DNA of 47,383 bases from a virus, in IMG/VR virus record IMGVR_UViG_3300010389_000029, positions 1-47,383 of that record, one strand, 5' to 3'. Under the pieces are notes generated by a model, which was given only the letters and a program-made list of their open reading frames with translations, did not search any database and had not been told where the DNA came from. Below are positions 9,562 through 16,293 of the stretch, one piece after another. Position 1 is the stretch's first letter. Each line of letters begins with the position of its first letter. The position numbers and the translations under genes are program-made.

Positions 9562-9596
9562 AAGTTACCACTGAGGCCCAGTATCGTCAAACAAAT
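9562..9596 (-). promoter_or_regulatory. Promoter with the recurring motif ATTTGTTTGACG -17 nt- TAACTT
   Basis: Plus-strand cgtcaa at 9585..9590 and aagtta at 9562..9567. It shares the ATTTGTTTGAC motif seen at 13822, 31256, 15525, 37589 and 39671. Confidence 0.5.
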
Positions 9597-9728
9597 TTCC
9601 GCTTGGCGGGACGAAATTGACGTATGGCATCAGTGAAAACAACATGGCTTGACAGTCACGGTTCGCAAGTCGTGCATTGTAGAGAAGTAACCACTGAATC
9701 AGAATGACCACAACTAGAAAGTAGGTTC

Positions 9729-9923
9729 TCACATATCGTAGACTGTTCCACCGGCTTCTGCCCACGCATTCTTTGCTCCCGACACCCCTTCTTCCTGCAA
9801 ACGAGCGAATAGAGCCATGGCGTGGACTGAAACGCTATTGAAGGCATCGGGGGCAATGCGGTAGTCGTTGTAAACGTCGCCATCTTTGGACACGGTCCAT
9901 GGACCCCGCAGTGGTTGATCCAT
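9729..9923 (-). CDS. Small hypothetical protein (64 aa). The frame stays open upstream to a single in-frame TGA at 9990..9992.
   Basis: Track ORF. Upstream in the same frame lies a 22-codon ORF (10058..9993) ending in that TGA. Confidence 0.5.
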   Translation of the reverse strand: MDQPLRGPWTVSKDGDVYNDYRIAPDAFNSVSVHAMALFARLQEEGVSGAKNAWAEAGGTVYDM

Positions 9924-10087
9924 GATCCATTGACCATCGCCTTTGTCGCGGTAGATCGCTATGATCTCAGTGTTTGCTTCGGGGTGATGTCATGTGGCTT
10001 GGACGTATTCGTCCCCTATTTCAAGTAGTGACTTGGGTGTTGTTTTGTCGTCTTTCATGTTATCGAATAGTTTGTGATGGATTTATG

Positions 10088-10252
10088 CTATCGCATCCAT
10101 GTGCCTTCCTTGATAGCTGCCTTGCGGATGACACTGTATGCGTTCAAACATTCCCTACAATGATATTGTCTGCCGTCCTTGGCCCGCTTGTTGTTGGCAA
10201 ACTGGGCGACTGGTTTGGTCTGGTCGCAGCCTCCGCAGTGTTTGGTTTTCAT
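10088..10252 (-). CDS. Small zinc-ribbon protein (54 aa)
   Basis: Manual translation: MKTKHCGGCDQTKPVAQFANNKRAKDGRQYHCRECLNAYSVIRKAAIKEGTWMR. ATGA overlap with the upstream ORF. Too short for the track cutoff. Confidence 0.55.
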   Translation of the reverse strand: MKTKHCGGCDQTKPVAQFANNKRAKDGRQYHCRECLNAYSVIRKAAIKEGTWMR

Positions 10253-10425
10253 GATAACGTCACAGTCAGGTCAGGTTCTAATGTGATGCACTCGAAATGC
10301 AGTGCTCCGTATCGCTCTCTTGCTATTTCTTCAGCAAGCCTTGCCATTGCTTGTTCAGTTATTTCAACTTCATGAACGGTTGTCTCTCCGTTCTCATATG
10401 TCAAAACTCTGGCTTTAATCTTCAT
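10249..10425 (-). CDS. Small hypothetical protein (58 aa)
   Basis: Manual translation: MKIKARVLTYENGETTVHEVEITEQAMARLAEEIARERYGALHFECITLEPDLTVTLS. ATGA overlaps at both ends. Confidence 0.55.
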   Translation of the reverse strand: MKIKARVLTYENGETTVHEVEITEQAMARLAEEIARERYGALHFECITLEPDLTVTLS

Positions 10426-10682
10426 GCTTTCCCCTCCATGATTTCTTTGGCAACTATCTTCATGGCTAAATACTCAGCGGAACCCACCCCGTACCCTCCT
10501 GTGTCTATTTCGTCCGCTCTCCTGTTTACCTCTGCCATGAACTGTTCCAGGTCGACGTAGGGTCCAATATGGTGATGGTGGTTTTTTAGGTCGGATGCTC
10601 CGCAGTCCTCGTTGCGGTCAAAGCAGTCAACAGCATCAAACGCCAGCCACACCGTCATTGGTGGTTTGTTATCACAGCTCAT
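10422..10682 (-). CDS. Small hypothetical protein, paralogue-like of 10672..10959
   Basis: Probable start MSCDNKPPMTVW at 10682. It shares a 16-nt identical 5' segment with the next gene. Confidence 0.55.
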   Translation of the reverse strand: MSCDNKPPMTVWLAFDAVDCFDRNEDCGASDLKNHHHHIGPYVDLEQFMAEVNRRADEIDTGGYGVGSAEYLAMKIVAKEIMEGKA

Positions 10683-10959
10683 TTTTGCCTCCATTCAGCT
10701 CTGTGAGTATGTCTTTAATAGCTCTGCCAAGTTCCATTAAATACTTCTCTGGTGACTCATACCCTCTCATTCCTGCTTTGGCGCGTTTAAGAAGTTCCTC
10801 ATTGAGCCAGTCTTTGAGAATGTATGGGCCAACATCCGATTCCCGCCTTCGCAAACCGAATGCCTGCCCGAAACGATTGTCCATGTGGCTGCCGTCCATG
10901 TGTACGTTTGATATGTTCTCTCGAAAGTAAAGTGTCCTTGGTGGTTTGTTATCGCTCAT
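10672..10959 (-). CDS. Small hypothetical protein
   Basis: Probable start MSDNKPPRTLYF at 10959, with ATGA overlap onto the Lar-like gene. Confidence 0.55.
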   Translation of the reverse strand: MSDNKPPRTLYFRENISNVHMDGSHMDNRFGQAFGLRRRESDVGPYILKDWLNEELLKRAKAGMRGYESPEKYLMELGRAIKDILTELNGGKNEL

Positions 10960-11282
10960 GCTCCAATCTCCTTTCTGAGTTTGGTGGCGCATATTCGTAA
11001 ATCAAGCGGGTCTGTTTTGCCTGCGAAGTATCCTTCCACCAACCTTAGCAGCTCCATTACCTCAGAGCGGCGCGGGATGGAGTTCCACTTAGTCCCACGC
11101 TCATCATCTGACCATGGGCCATCTGCGTCACAGTTGTTGCACCGGACATATTGTCCCATCTCGTCTAAATTGTATCCATCTCGCAGCTCAGCATAAGTGC
11201 TGCCGCAAAACGGACACGGTTTCAGCTTCGGCTGATAAAACTCCTTTGGCAAATCGCACGATGGCGGTCGGTTGGTGGTCAT
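10956..11282 (-). CDS. Lar-family restriction alleviation-like zinc protein
   Basis: KPCPFCGSTYAEL...YVRCNNCDADGPW matches the Lar-type CPFCG...C..C...GP pattern. Confidence 0.6.
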   Translation of the reverse strand: MTTNRPPSCDLPKEFYQPKLKPCPFCGSTYAELRDGYNLDEMGQYVRCNNCDADGPWSDDERGTKWNSIPRRSEVMELLRLVEGYFAGKTDPLDLRICATKLRKEIGA

Positions 11283-11653
11283 GATTCCACCTCCTTGCAG
11301 ACTCGGACCTTGCTGCAGGTGTAGCCTTTTTGTTGCATGTAGCTGGATTCAGAAATATTAACAAGACAGATATTAAGGTCTGCGCCAATACAGCTTAATA
11401 AATATTCACCCTCATCATAAGCCTTGGCCTTTGCTTGCAACTCCACCAGCTCCTCGGCGGTCGGGATTGTGAGCCATTGGCCGACGGCCCCGTAATCCTG
11501 TTCCCAATCATGCAATGACGTTGCCACGACACCGTCATGCCCATAGAGATGCCCGTTGCCCGGGTCCATTACGAATATATGCTCCCACTCATACACGTCT
11601 GACTCGAGCCAGTAATACGGTCCCGGCTTTGTTGGTAGTTGATTAGCCTCCAT
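11279..11653 (-). CDS. Hypothetical protein
   Basis: Likely start MEANQLPTKPGPYYW at 11653. The track ORF extends to 11740 from an upstream start inside the previous gene. Confidence 0.5.
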   Translation of the reverse strand: MEANQLPTKPGPYYWLESDVYEWEHIFVMDPGNGHLYGHDGVVATSLHDWEQDYGAVGQWLTIPTAEELVELQAKAKAYDEGEYLLSCIGADLNICLVNISESSYMQQKGYTCSKVRVCKEVES

Positions 11654-12791
11654 ACAAACCTTCCCCCTTCCTGTGCGTTCCGAAGGTAGAGTGTGCCGCA
11701 TACGCCGCCGGGACATACTTCGCCACACCCGCACCCACACACTCAGCTACCTCGCCGTTCAGGTATTTGTTCAAGGTCACCCCGCACACTTCGTTCAGAG
11801 GCAGTGGTTGCCTTCCATCATGGGTATTGGACTTGTGGACCTGCACCTGCACATAGCGGTTCATACCTCCATGGAGATACGGACCCTGCAACCAGCCATA
11901 CAGATTAAGCCCACGCATGTGGATGTTGTTTCCAGCCGCGAAGATCGCAGTCTGTGGCCGCTGCGCGTTGTGTGGACCCTCCATCTGAAGATCCAAGAAC
12001 TTCGGATCTGCCAGATACACATTGGCCATTGGTGCCTGCTTGATGATGCCCGTCTGGATAGGTGGCCCGTGCTTGATACCTACCTGTGCACCTTGGTGCT
12101 GTTGGATGTTGCAGTCCCGAATCCAAAACCTGTCCTGATTGTCTGCCAGATATATCGGCAACGTCCCGTTGTGCGCCACGATCAGGCAGTTCTCAATAGA
12201 CTGCTCGAAAGGTCTGACGTGGAACTGATCGTCCACATACGTGGTAGGTTCCACGTAGATCCCAATCGGTGCATTGGTTTTAAACCCGTAGGCTATACCC
12301 GCAGAGTTTGTCCAGTTGTCATGGAGGGTCGGGCCTTCATCACAGTGGAACCGCAGGGTGCTGCCCCACCTCGTGGGTGACCACAGTCTGAACCTACCGG
12401 GGAGTCGTTTTGTGCTCCTAAAGTTATACTCCGGTGCCGTCGCCACAATCGTGATCACAGGCATGGACACAGACCCAAACCACCCGTAACCCGACGGCGA
12501 TTTCCCCTGCTTGCTCGTCCAGTAGGCCTCTCCCTCCAAAAAGTCTTTCCGCTGCTCCGCTTGGCCTTCCTTCACGATGCGAGACCAACTGCCGTCTGGA
12601 TCTTTGGGGTCCAGTTCATAGTGATAGCGCATCAGGCCCGTAGGTGCTGTTCTCGGTATCTGAAGCTGATCAACCTGAGCCTGCAAAGTCTGCAAGCTCG
12701 CCGTATGTGATTGTCGTAGCTTTGAGACTTGCTCCGGTAGCGAAAGCAAATCCTCAAATGTTTTTAGTAGTGTTTGTAGTGTCTCGTTCAT
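11643..12791 (-). CDS. Hypothetical protein with an N-terminal coiled coil and a repetitive beta-rich body (possible beta-helix carbohydrate-active protein)
   Basis: 382-aa ORF with AAGGAAGA 8 nt upstream of the ATG. Immediately downstream of the fucose-synthase-like gene. The fold assignment is only an impression from sequence texture. Confidence 0.55.
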   Translation of the reverse strand: MNETLQTLLKTFEDLLSLPEQVSKLRQSHTASLQTLQAQVDQLQIPRTAPTGLMRYHYELDPKDPDGSWSRIVKEGQAEQRKDFLEGEAYWTSKQGKSPSGYGWFGSVSMPVITIVATAPEYNFRSTKRLPGRFRLWSPTRWGSTLRFHCDEGPTLHDNWTNSAGIAYGFKTNAPIGIYVEPTTYVDDQFHVRPFEQSIENCLIVAHNGTLPIYLADNQDRFWIRDCNIQQHQGAQVGIKHGPPIQTGIIKQAPMANVYLADPKFLDLQMEGPHNAQRPQTAIFAAGNNIHMRGLNLYGWLQGPYLHGGMNRYVQVQVHKSNTHDGRQPLPLNEVCGVTLNKYLNGEVAECVGAGVAKYVPAAYAAHSTFGTHRKGEGLYGG

Positions 12792-12933
12792 ATACAGGTC
12801 TTCCTTTTATGTCTATGCTGATAGGCATTCCTCGTTTCATCCAAAAACGGTCAAATGCTCTCGTCCATTCTTCCAAGTTAAAGTTGGGTGGTTTCACATC
12901 CCAATCGATTTGCGGTAGTGGTTCACTGTCCAT
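12754..12933 (-). CDS. Possible small overlapping gene (59 aa)
   Basis: Internal ATG of track ORF 12754..13122, preceded by AGGGA. It overlaps the fcl-like 3' end by 39 nt and the next gene by 38 nt. Confidence 0.3.
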   Translation of the reverse strand: MDSEPLPQIDWDVKPPNFNLEEWTRAFDRFWMKRGMPISIDIKGRPVYERDTTNTTKNI

Positions 12934-13790
12934 TCTAATCCCTTTCGTAGTGGTGTTCGTTGCCATGTTTCCGGTCCTCCCATAACCTTGACCGGTGTGC
13001 CAACAGGCTTGTCCGATTGCCATCGGATCTTGCCCGTAAATTCCGTGATCTCTGCCAAAGTGTTGACCAAGTCCCCAATCGACGTAGCATGCCCACTTCC
13101 AACGTTGCGAAGTGAAAACCACTCAGGTTCCTCCATCAGCTGGGTAGCCGCTTCTGCCAAGTCGTCCACATACAAGAACTCACGCTTGGCGTCTCCATTA
13201 CCCCATACCTCAACCTCACCGTCCTTCGGTGCCTCCACAAACTTCCGAACCAATGCCGCAACCACATGGGAGTTTCGTGGATGGTAGTTGTCCCCAGGGC
13301 CATACAGATTGCACGGCATCACTGCCCGAAAGTCACAGCCATACTGGTCGTGATAATACGTAGCCAACCTGCAAGCTGTCGCTTTTGCCAGGCCATAAGC
13401 CTCGTTGCTCGGTTCAATCGGGCCTGTCAATAAGTCTGAAGGGATTGCCCCATCAGCCTTCGATACCGGATACGCACACGATGAACCAAAATACATCAGG
13501 CGTGGAACGTCGGTGAGGCAAGCAGAACGCATGACATTCATGGCCATGGCCATGTTCTCAGTGAAGAACTCAGTTGGGCGATCCAGATTGGCCTGAATGC
13601 CTCCTACCAACCCAGCTGCCATGTAGACCCTTTGGGGATTGTGCTGGGTGAAGTAGCGATAGACCTGCCTACTATCAAGTAGTCCTAGTTCTTCGCGGCT
13701 TGGGAGAAGTAGCTCCGTGTTTTGTTGCTTGAGGCGTCGTGTCAATGCACTGCCGACCATGCCCGTGGATCCTAAGATAAGTGTTCGCAT
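12894..13790 (-). CDS. fcl: GDP-L-fucose synthase-like NAD(P)-dependent epimerase/reductase
   Basis: MRTLILGSTGMVGSAL Rossmann motif, catalytic YGLAK, and overall Fcl/WcaG-like length and order. The track starts at TTG 13799 and the first ATG is at 13790. Confidence 0.8.
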   Translation of the reverse strand: MRTLILGSTGMVGSALTRRLKQQNTELLLPSREELGLLDSRQVYRYFTQHNPQRVYMAAGLVGGIQANLDRPTEFFTENMAMAMNVMRSACLTDVPRLMYFGSSCAYPVSKADGAIPSDLLTGPIEPSNEAYGLAKATACRLATYYHDQYGCDFRAVMPCNLYGPGDNYHPRNSHVVAALVRKFVEAPKDGEVEVWGNGDAKREFLYVDDLAEAATQLMEEPEWFSLRNVGSGHATSIGDLVNTLAEITEFTGKIRWQSDKPVGTPVKVMGGPETWQRTPLRKGLEWTVNHYRKSIGM

Positions 13791-13797
13791 TGGGGAC

Positions 13798-13835
13798 AAT
13801 AGACCACGGGTCTGGTATTTTTGTCAAACAAATAT
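13798..13835 (-). promoter_or_regulatory. Promoter ATTTGTTTGACA -18 nt- TCTATT, with the fcl ATG 7 nt after the -10 (leaderless-type)
   Basis: Plus-strand tgtcaa at 13822..13827 and aataga at 13798..13803. No Shine-Dalgarno. It shares a 15-nt identical core (ATTTGTTTGACAAA) with the integrase promoter. Confidence 0.55.
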
Positions 13836-13991
13836 ATTGAAAATAGGAAAAAATCTCACGGGGGGTGTATTAATATTGATACCATCGAAAGGGGGGCGGG
13901 TGGCCAAGCTCAGAGGAGAAAAATAATTTTACCTCCCCCCCCTCCCCCTTGCTTTTCTTTTCAAAAGATTTAGAGCCTTGGGTGTAAATGT

Positions 13992-14477
13992 TTAACCTTC
14001 AAGAACTTGCGTGTCTTGGTCTTTTACACTAGGCGTTGATAGGACGTTAGAAATGTGCGTCACATTTAGTGTTTTGGGAGAATCCTGATTGCCCATGCCT
14101 AAAATCTTTTGCACCTTCTCAACTATTTGTAAGCCCTTGAGTTGCAAATCACTACGTTGAATCATGCTTGGAATGTCGTCAGGAATTGGGGTAGTTTGCA
14201 GACGTTTTAGAACATTGCCAGCGTCTGAAAACATCTTGAGTGCGTAGGAATCGAGACGAGAAGATAAGCAGGCGGTCTCGTCGGTCAAGACCTCTTTAGT
14301 CTGGCTTAAAGCTTGGTTGAAAGCCGGATCACGACGGGATAGAGATAGAAGCTTGCTACGAACTGAACTGGGATTCACATCGAAGTATCTGGCGATTTCG
14401 GCTTGTTTTAAACCTTTGTTGACTAATTCCAGCAAGATATTGGGTTCAATCTTTTTCTGATTATTCGTCGTCCTCAT
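13992..14477 (-). CDS. HTH DNA-binding protein (regulator or small-terminase-like; undecided)
   Basis: N-terminal LLELVNKGLKQAEIARYFDVNPSSVRSKL helix-turn-helix. 161 aa. Confidence 0.6.
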   Translation of the reverse strand: MRTTNNQKKIEPNILLELVNKGLKQAEIARYFDVNPSSVRSKLLSLSRRDPAFNQALSQTKEVLTDETACLSSRLDSYALKMFSDAGNVLKRLQTTPIPDDIPSMIQRSDLQLKGLQIVEKVQKILGMGNQDSPKTLNVTHISNVLSTPSVKDQDTQVLEG

Positions 14478-14483
14478 ATTTTA

Positions 14484-14513
14484 GCCTTACCATAGAATGT
14501 TAGGCTCGTCTAA
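14484..14513 (-). promoter_or_regulatory. Candidate promoter TTAGAC -18 nt- TAAGGC, 6 nt before the ATG at 14477
   Basis: Read directly. The AAGG could alternatively act as a Shine-Dalgarno. Confidence 0.3.
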
Positions 14514-14525
14514 CTTTTTGGCGAA

Positions 14526-14556
14526 CAAAAAGGCCGGACCTGCTTAGAGATCCGGC
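14526..14556 (-). terminator. Intrinsic terminator (GCCGGA, 12-nt loop, UCCGGC, then CUUUUUGUU)
   Basis: Read directly on the minus strand, downstream of the 225-aa gene and the micro-ORF. Confidence 0.5.
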
Positions 14557-14562
14557 TTGTGA

Positions 14563-14640
14563 TTAGAGAAACGCCGCCAGTATCCAGACGGCAACAAATG
14601 CGAGCGCAAACAATACGCAACAAATAACATCACCTATCAT
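14563..14640 (-). CDS. Possible 25-aa hydrophobic micro-protein
   Basis: MIGDVICCVLFALAFVAVWILAAFL. Its ATG overlaps the stop of the 225-aa gene (ATGA). Confidence 0.3.
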   Translation of the reverse strand: MIGDVICCVLFALAFVAVWILAAFL

Positions 14641-15314
14641 AGCGCAATCGCCCTTGTAGCGGATTTGAGTTGATAACCATGAACAGGTATCGAAACAGAC
14701 CTTGCTGGTTTACTTGTGCCGCAACACAATTGACAATCGGAGCAAGTTACGCCTTTGGAAGATGGGCAATCAACCAAACCAGCTGGGACAGGCATGGACG
14801 GATTGCGGGTAACAAACGCCCGAAATCCTAAGCTTTTAGCTTGCGCATAGTTTTCCGGCTCACATGAGACCATAAAGTAACGAGCGTATTCCTTCGCTTT
14901 TTCAAACGGCATCAGATGCCAGTCATGGAAGTACCCCGTCCAACCGCTTGCATTGTCTGCAATTAATTTGACTAGTGACAAGGGAATCAGACTAGGATTG
15001 CCATAGGCACCAAAGCGGACAAATTTGTTTTTGACCAGTCGGACAATGTCCGCCTTGTTTTTAGCGTATGGTTTTTTACCTGCCCAGGCGGCACGTTGGA
15101 TAGCATCAACGTAGTAGGAACCTACGTAACAACCGTTATTTGACGCCAACGGACAACCCTTGCATTGGGTTTTTGAGTCGTTGCCATTGCGTCTCGATTC
15201 GGTAACGGTTTCAGATCTGGGCACAATCCAGATCTGAATCGCTTTTCCGATTTTCCGATTTCCGCTTTTCTCTGTGGCAATGACCTGAATGGAATTTGTT
15301 TCGTGAAGGATCAT
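14637..15314 (-). CDS. Cys-rich hypothetical protein (225 aa)
   Basis: Track ORF. Cysteine clusters CKGCPLASNNGC and CPSSKGVTCSDCQLCC. I recognise no family with confidence. Confidence 0.6.
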   Translation of the reverse strand: MILHETNSIQVIATEKSGNRKIGKAIQIWIVPRSETVTESRRNGNDSKTQCKGCPLASNNGCYVGSYYVDAIQRAAWAGKKPYAKNKADIVRLVKNKFVRFGAYGNPSLIPLSLVKLIADNASGWTGYFHDWHLMPFEKAKEYARYFMVSCEPENYAQAKSLGFRAFVTRNPSMPVPAGLVDCPSSKGVTCSDCQLCCGTSKPARSVSIPVHGYQLKSATRAIAL

Positions 15315-15451
15315 GCTTCACCTCCTGCCAGTAAAGTCTTTACTTGGTTAATCTTATTCAAAAGCCGGTCGTCGAATACACCGGATTCTGCTTGTTGCCG
15401 CTCCTGTGCCTCTAATTGGGCAAGTAACTCTAATAGTTCGTTATGTGTCAT
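15311..15451 (-). CDS. Small helical hypothetical protein (46 aa)
   Basis: MTHNELLELLAQLEAQERQQAESGVFDDRLLNKINQVKTLLAGGEA. ATGA overlap with the 225-aa gene. Confidence 0.45.
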   Translation of the reverse strand: MTHNELLELLAQLEAQERQQAESGVFDDRLLNKINQVKTLLAGGEA

Positions 15452-15501
15452 TTAGGTTTTTAGATTTACGAGGGCAAACTTTATGCCCTCAATTCGGGAT
15501 A

Positions 15502-15535
15502 AACCTACGCCACCAGGTCAACATTGTCAAACAAT
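15502..15535 (-). promoter_or_regulatory. Promoter ATTGTTTGACA -17 nt- TAGGTT for the 15451 -> 14563 operon. A 7-bp hairpin (15470..15490) lies in its leader.
   Basis: Plus-strand tgtcaa at 15525..15530 and aaccta at 15502..15507. GAGGGCA/TGCCCTC palindrome downstream. Confidence 0.45.
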
Positions 15536-15662
15536 TATTTTTCTCCCATCTCCAACAACCCCAGGCTTTTACGTCACATAGCACAAATAACCAGTAGCAG
15601 CAGCGTTACATCATGAGGGGCAGGGAGTTATACATAATGCGCTAAAAAAACAAAAAAACATG

Positions 15663-15691
15663 TTGACGAGCAGCGGAAACGGTGAGATCTT
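15663..15691 (+). promoter_or_regulatory. Candidate promoter of the plus-strand module (TTGACG after an A-rich UP-like tract; weak -10 GATCTT)
   Basis: ttgacg at 15663..15668, preceded by aaaaaaacaaaaaaaca. Confidence 0.3.
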
Positions 15692-15732
15692 GAAAACGTC
15701 GAACATTTAACCCCTTAGAAACAAAAACCGAA

Positions 15733-16071
15733 ATGAAACGAACCACAACAGAACTAGCCGAGAATGTTTACGCAGCACTCAGCATGCATAAACTGAGTCC
15801 CACCATCAAGCAACCAACCCGCGAGGAGGCTATTGAGGCTATCGCCGGTTGCCTCAACAAAAAAAATGGGGCATGGCTCAAGACCTCGCCAAAAACCGAA
15901 TCCAGCCGACTGCTCTGGAAGTTGGTCAAATTCCATCGCTCCTCGGGTAGCCTGTGGGGCTACCCGTGGTTTGCCAATGTAGACCAGCGGGACCGGCTGG
16001 ATACTCTCGCAATCGTGATGCTCAAGGGACACTCACGGGCAGCAGAGGCATGGCGCAAAGCATTGACCTAG
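15733..16071 (+). CDS. Hypothetical protein (112 aa)
   Basis: Track ORF. Its start context aacaaaaaccgaaATGaaa is repeated at 16092. Confidence 0.6.
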   Translation: MKRTTTELAENVYAALSMHKLSPTIKQPTREEAIEAIAGCLNKKNGAWLKTSPKTESSRLLWKLVKFHRSSGSLWGYPWFANVDQRDRLDTLAIVMLKGHSRAAEAWRKALT

Positions 16072-16091
16072 AACCCAAAACAAAAACCGAA

Positions 16092-16283
16092 ATGAAATAC
16101 CTATACACAGTCCGATACAATAAATATCTCCCAGGCTATAATGCCGACACGGAGCAATCCGTATCCATCATCGACCGAAATGGTGAACTGGGCGAACGTG
16201 CCGTCTGCAACCGAGTGGAGCGGGAGCATGGCTTCCGACCTGATCGGATCACCCGCATAGAGTGCATGTGCTACGCAAATTAA
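16092..16283 (+). CDS. Hypothetical protein (63 aa)
   Basis: Internal ATG of track ORF 15954..16283 with the same aacaaaaaccgaaATGaaa context as the previous gene. Confidence 0.5.
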   Translation: MKYLYTVRYNKYLPGYNADTEQSVSIIDRNGELGERAVCNRVEREHGFRPDRITRIECMCYAN

Positions 16284-16293
16284 GGAGAATCAC

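Noticed and set aside
9640-9665. T-loop-like ggttcgcaa sequence as a tRNA fragment or attP core
   Set aside because: Only a 4-bp CACG/CGTG stem flanks it, and there is no adjoining acceptor-stem sequence.
13891-13950. gggtggccaagc resembling the 5' end of a class II tRNA
   Set aside because: The downstream sequence cannot form anticodon or T arms. The region is better described as G/C homopolymer tracts.
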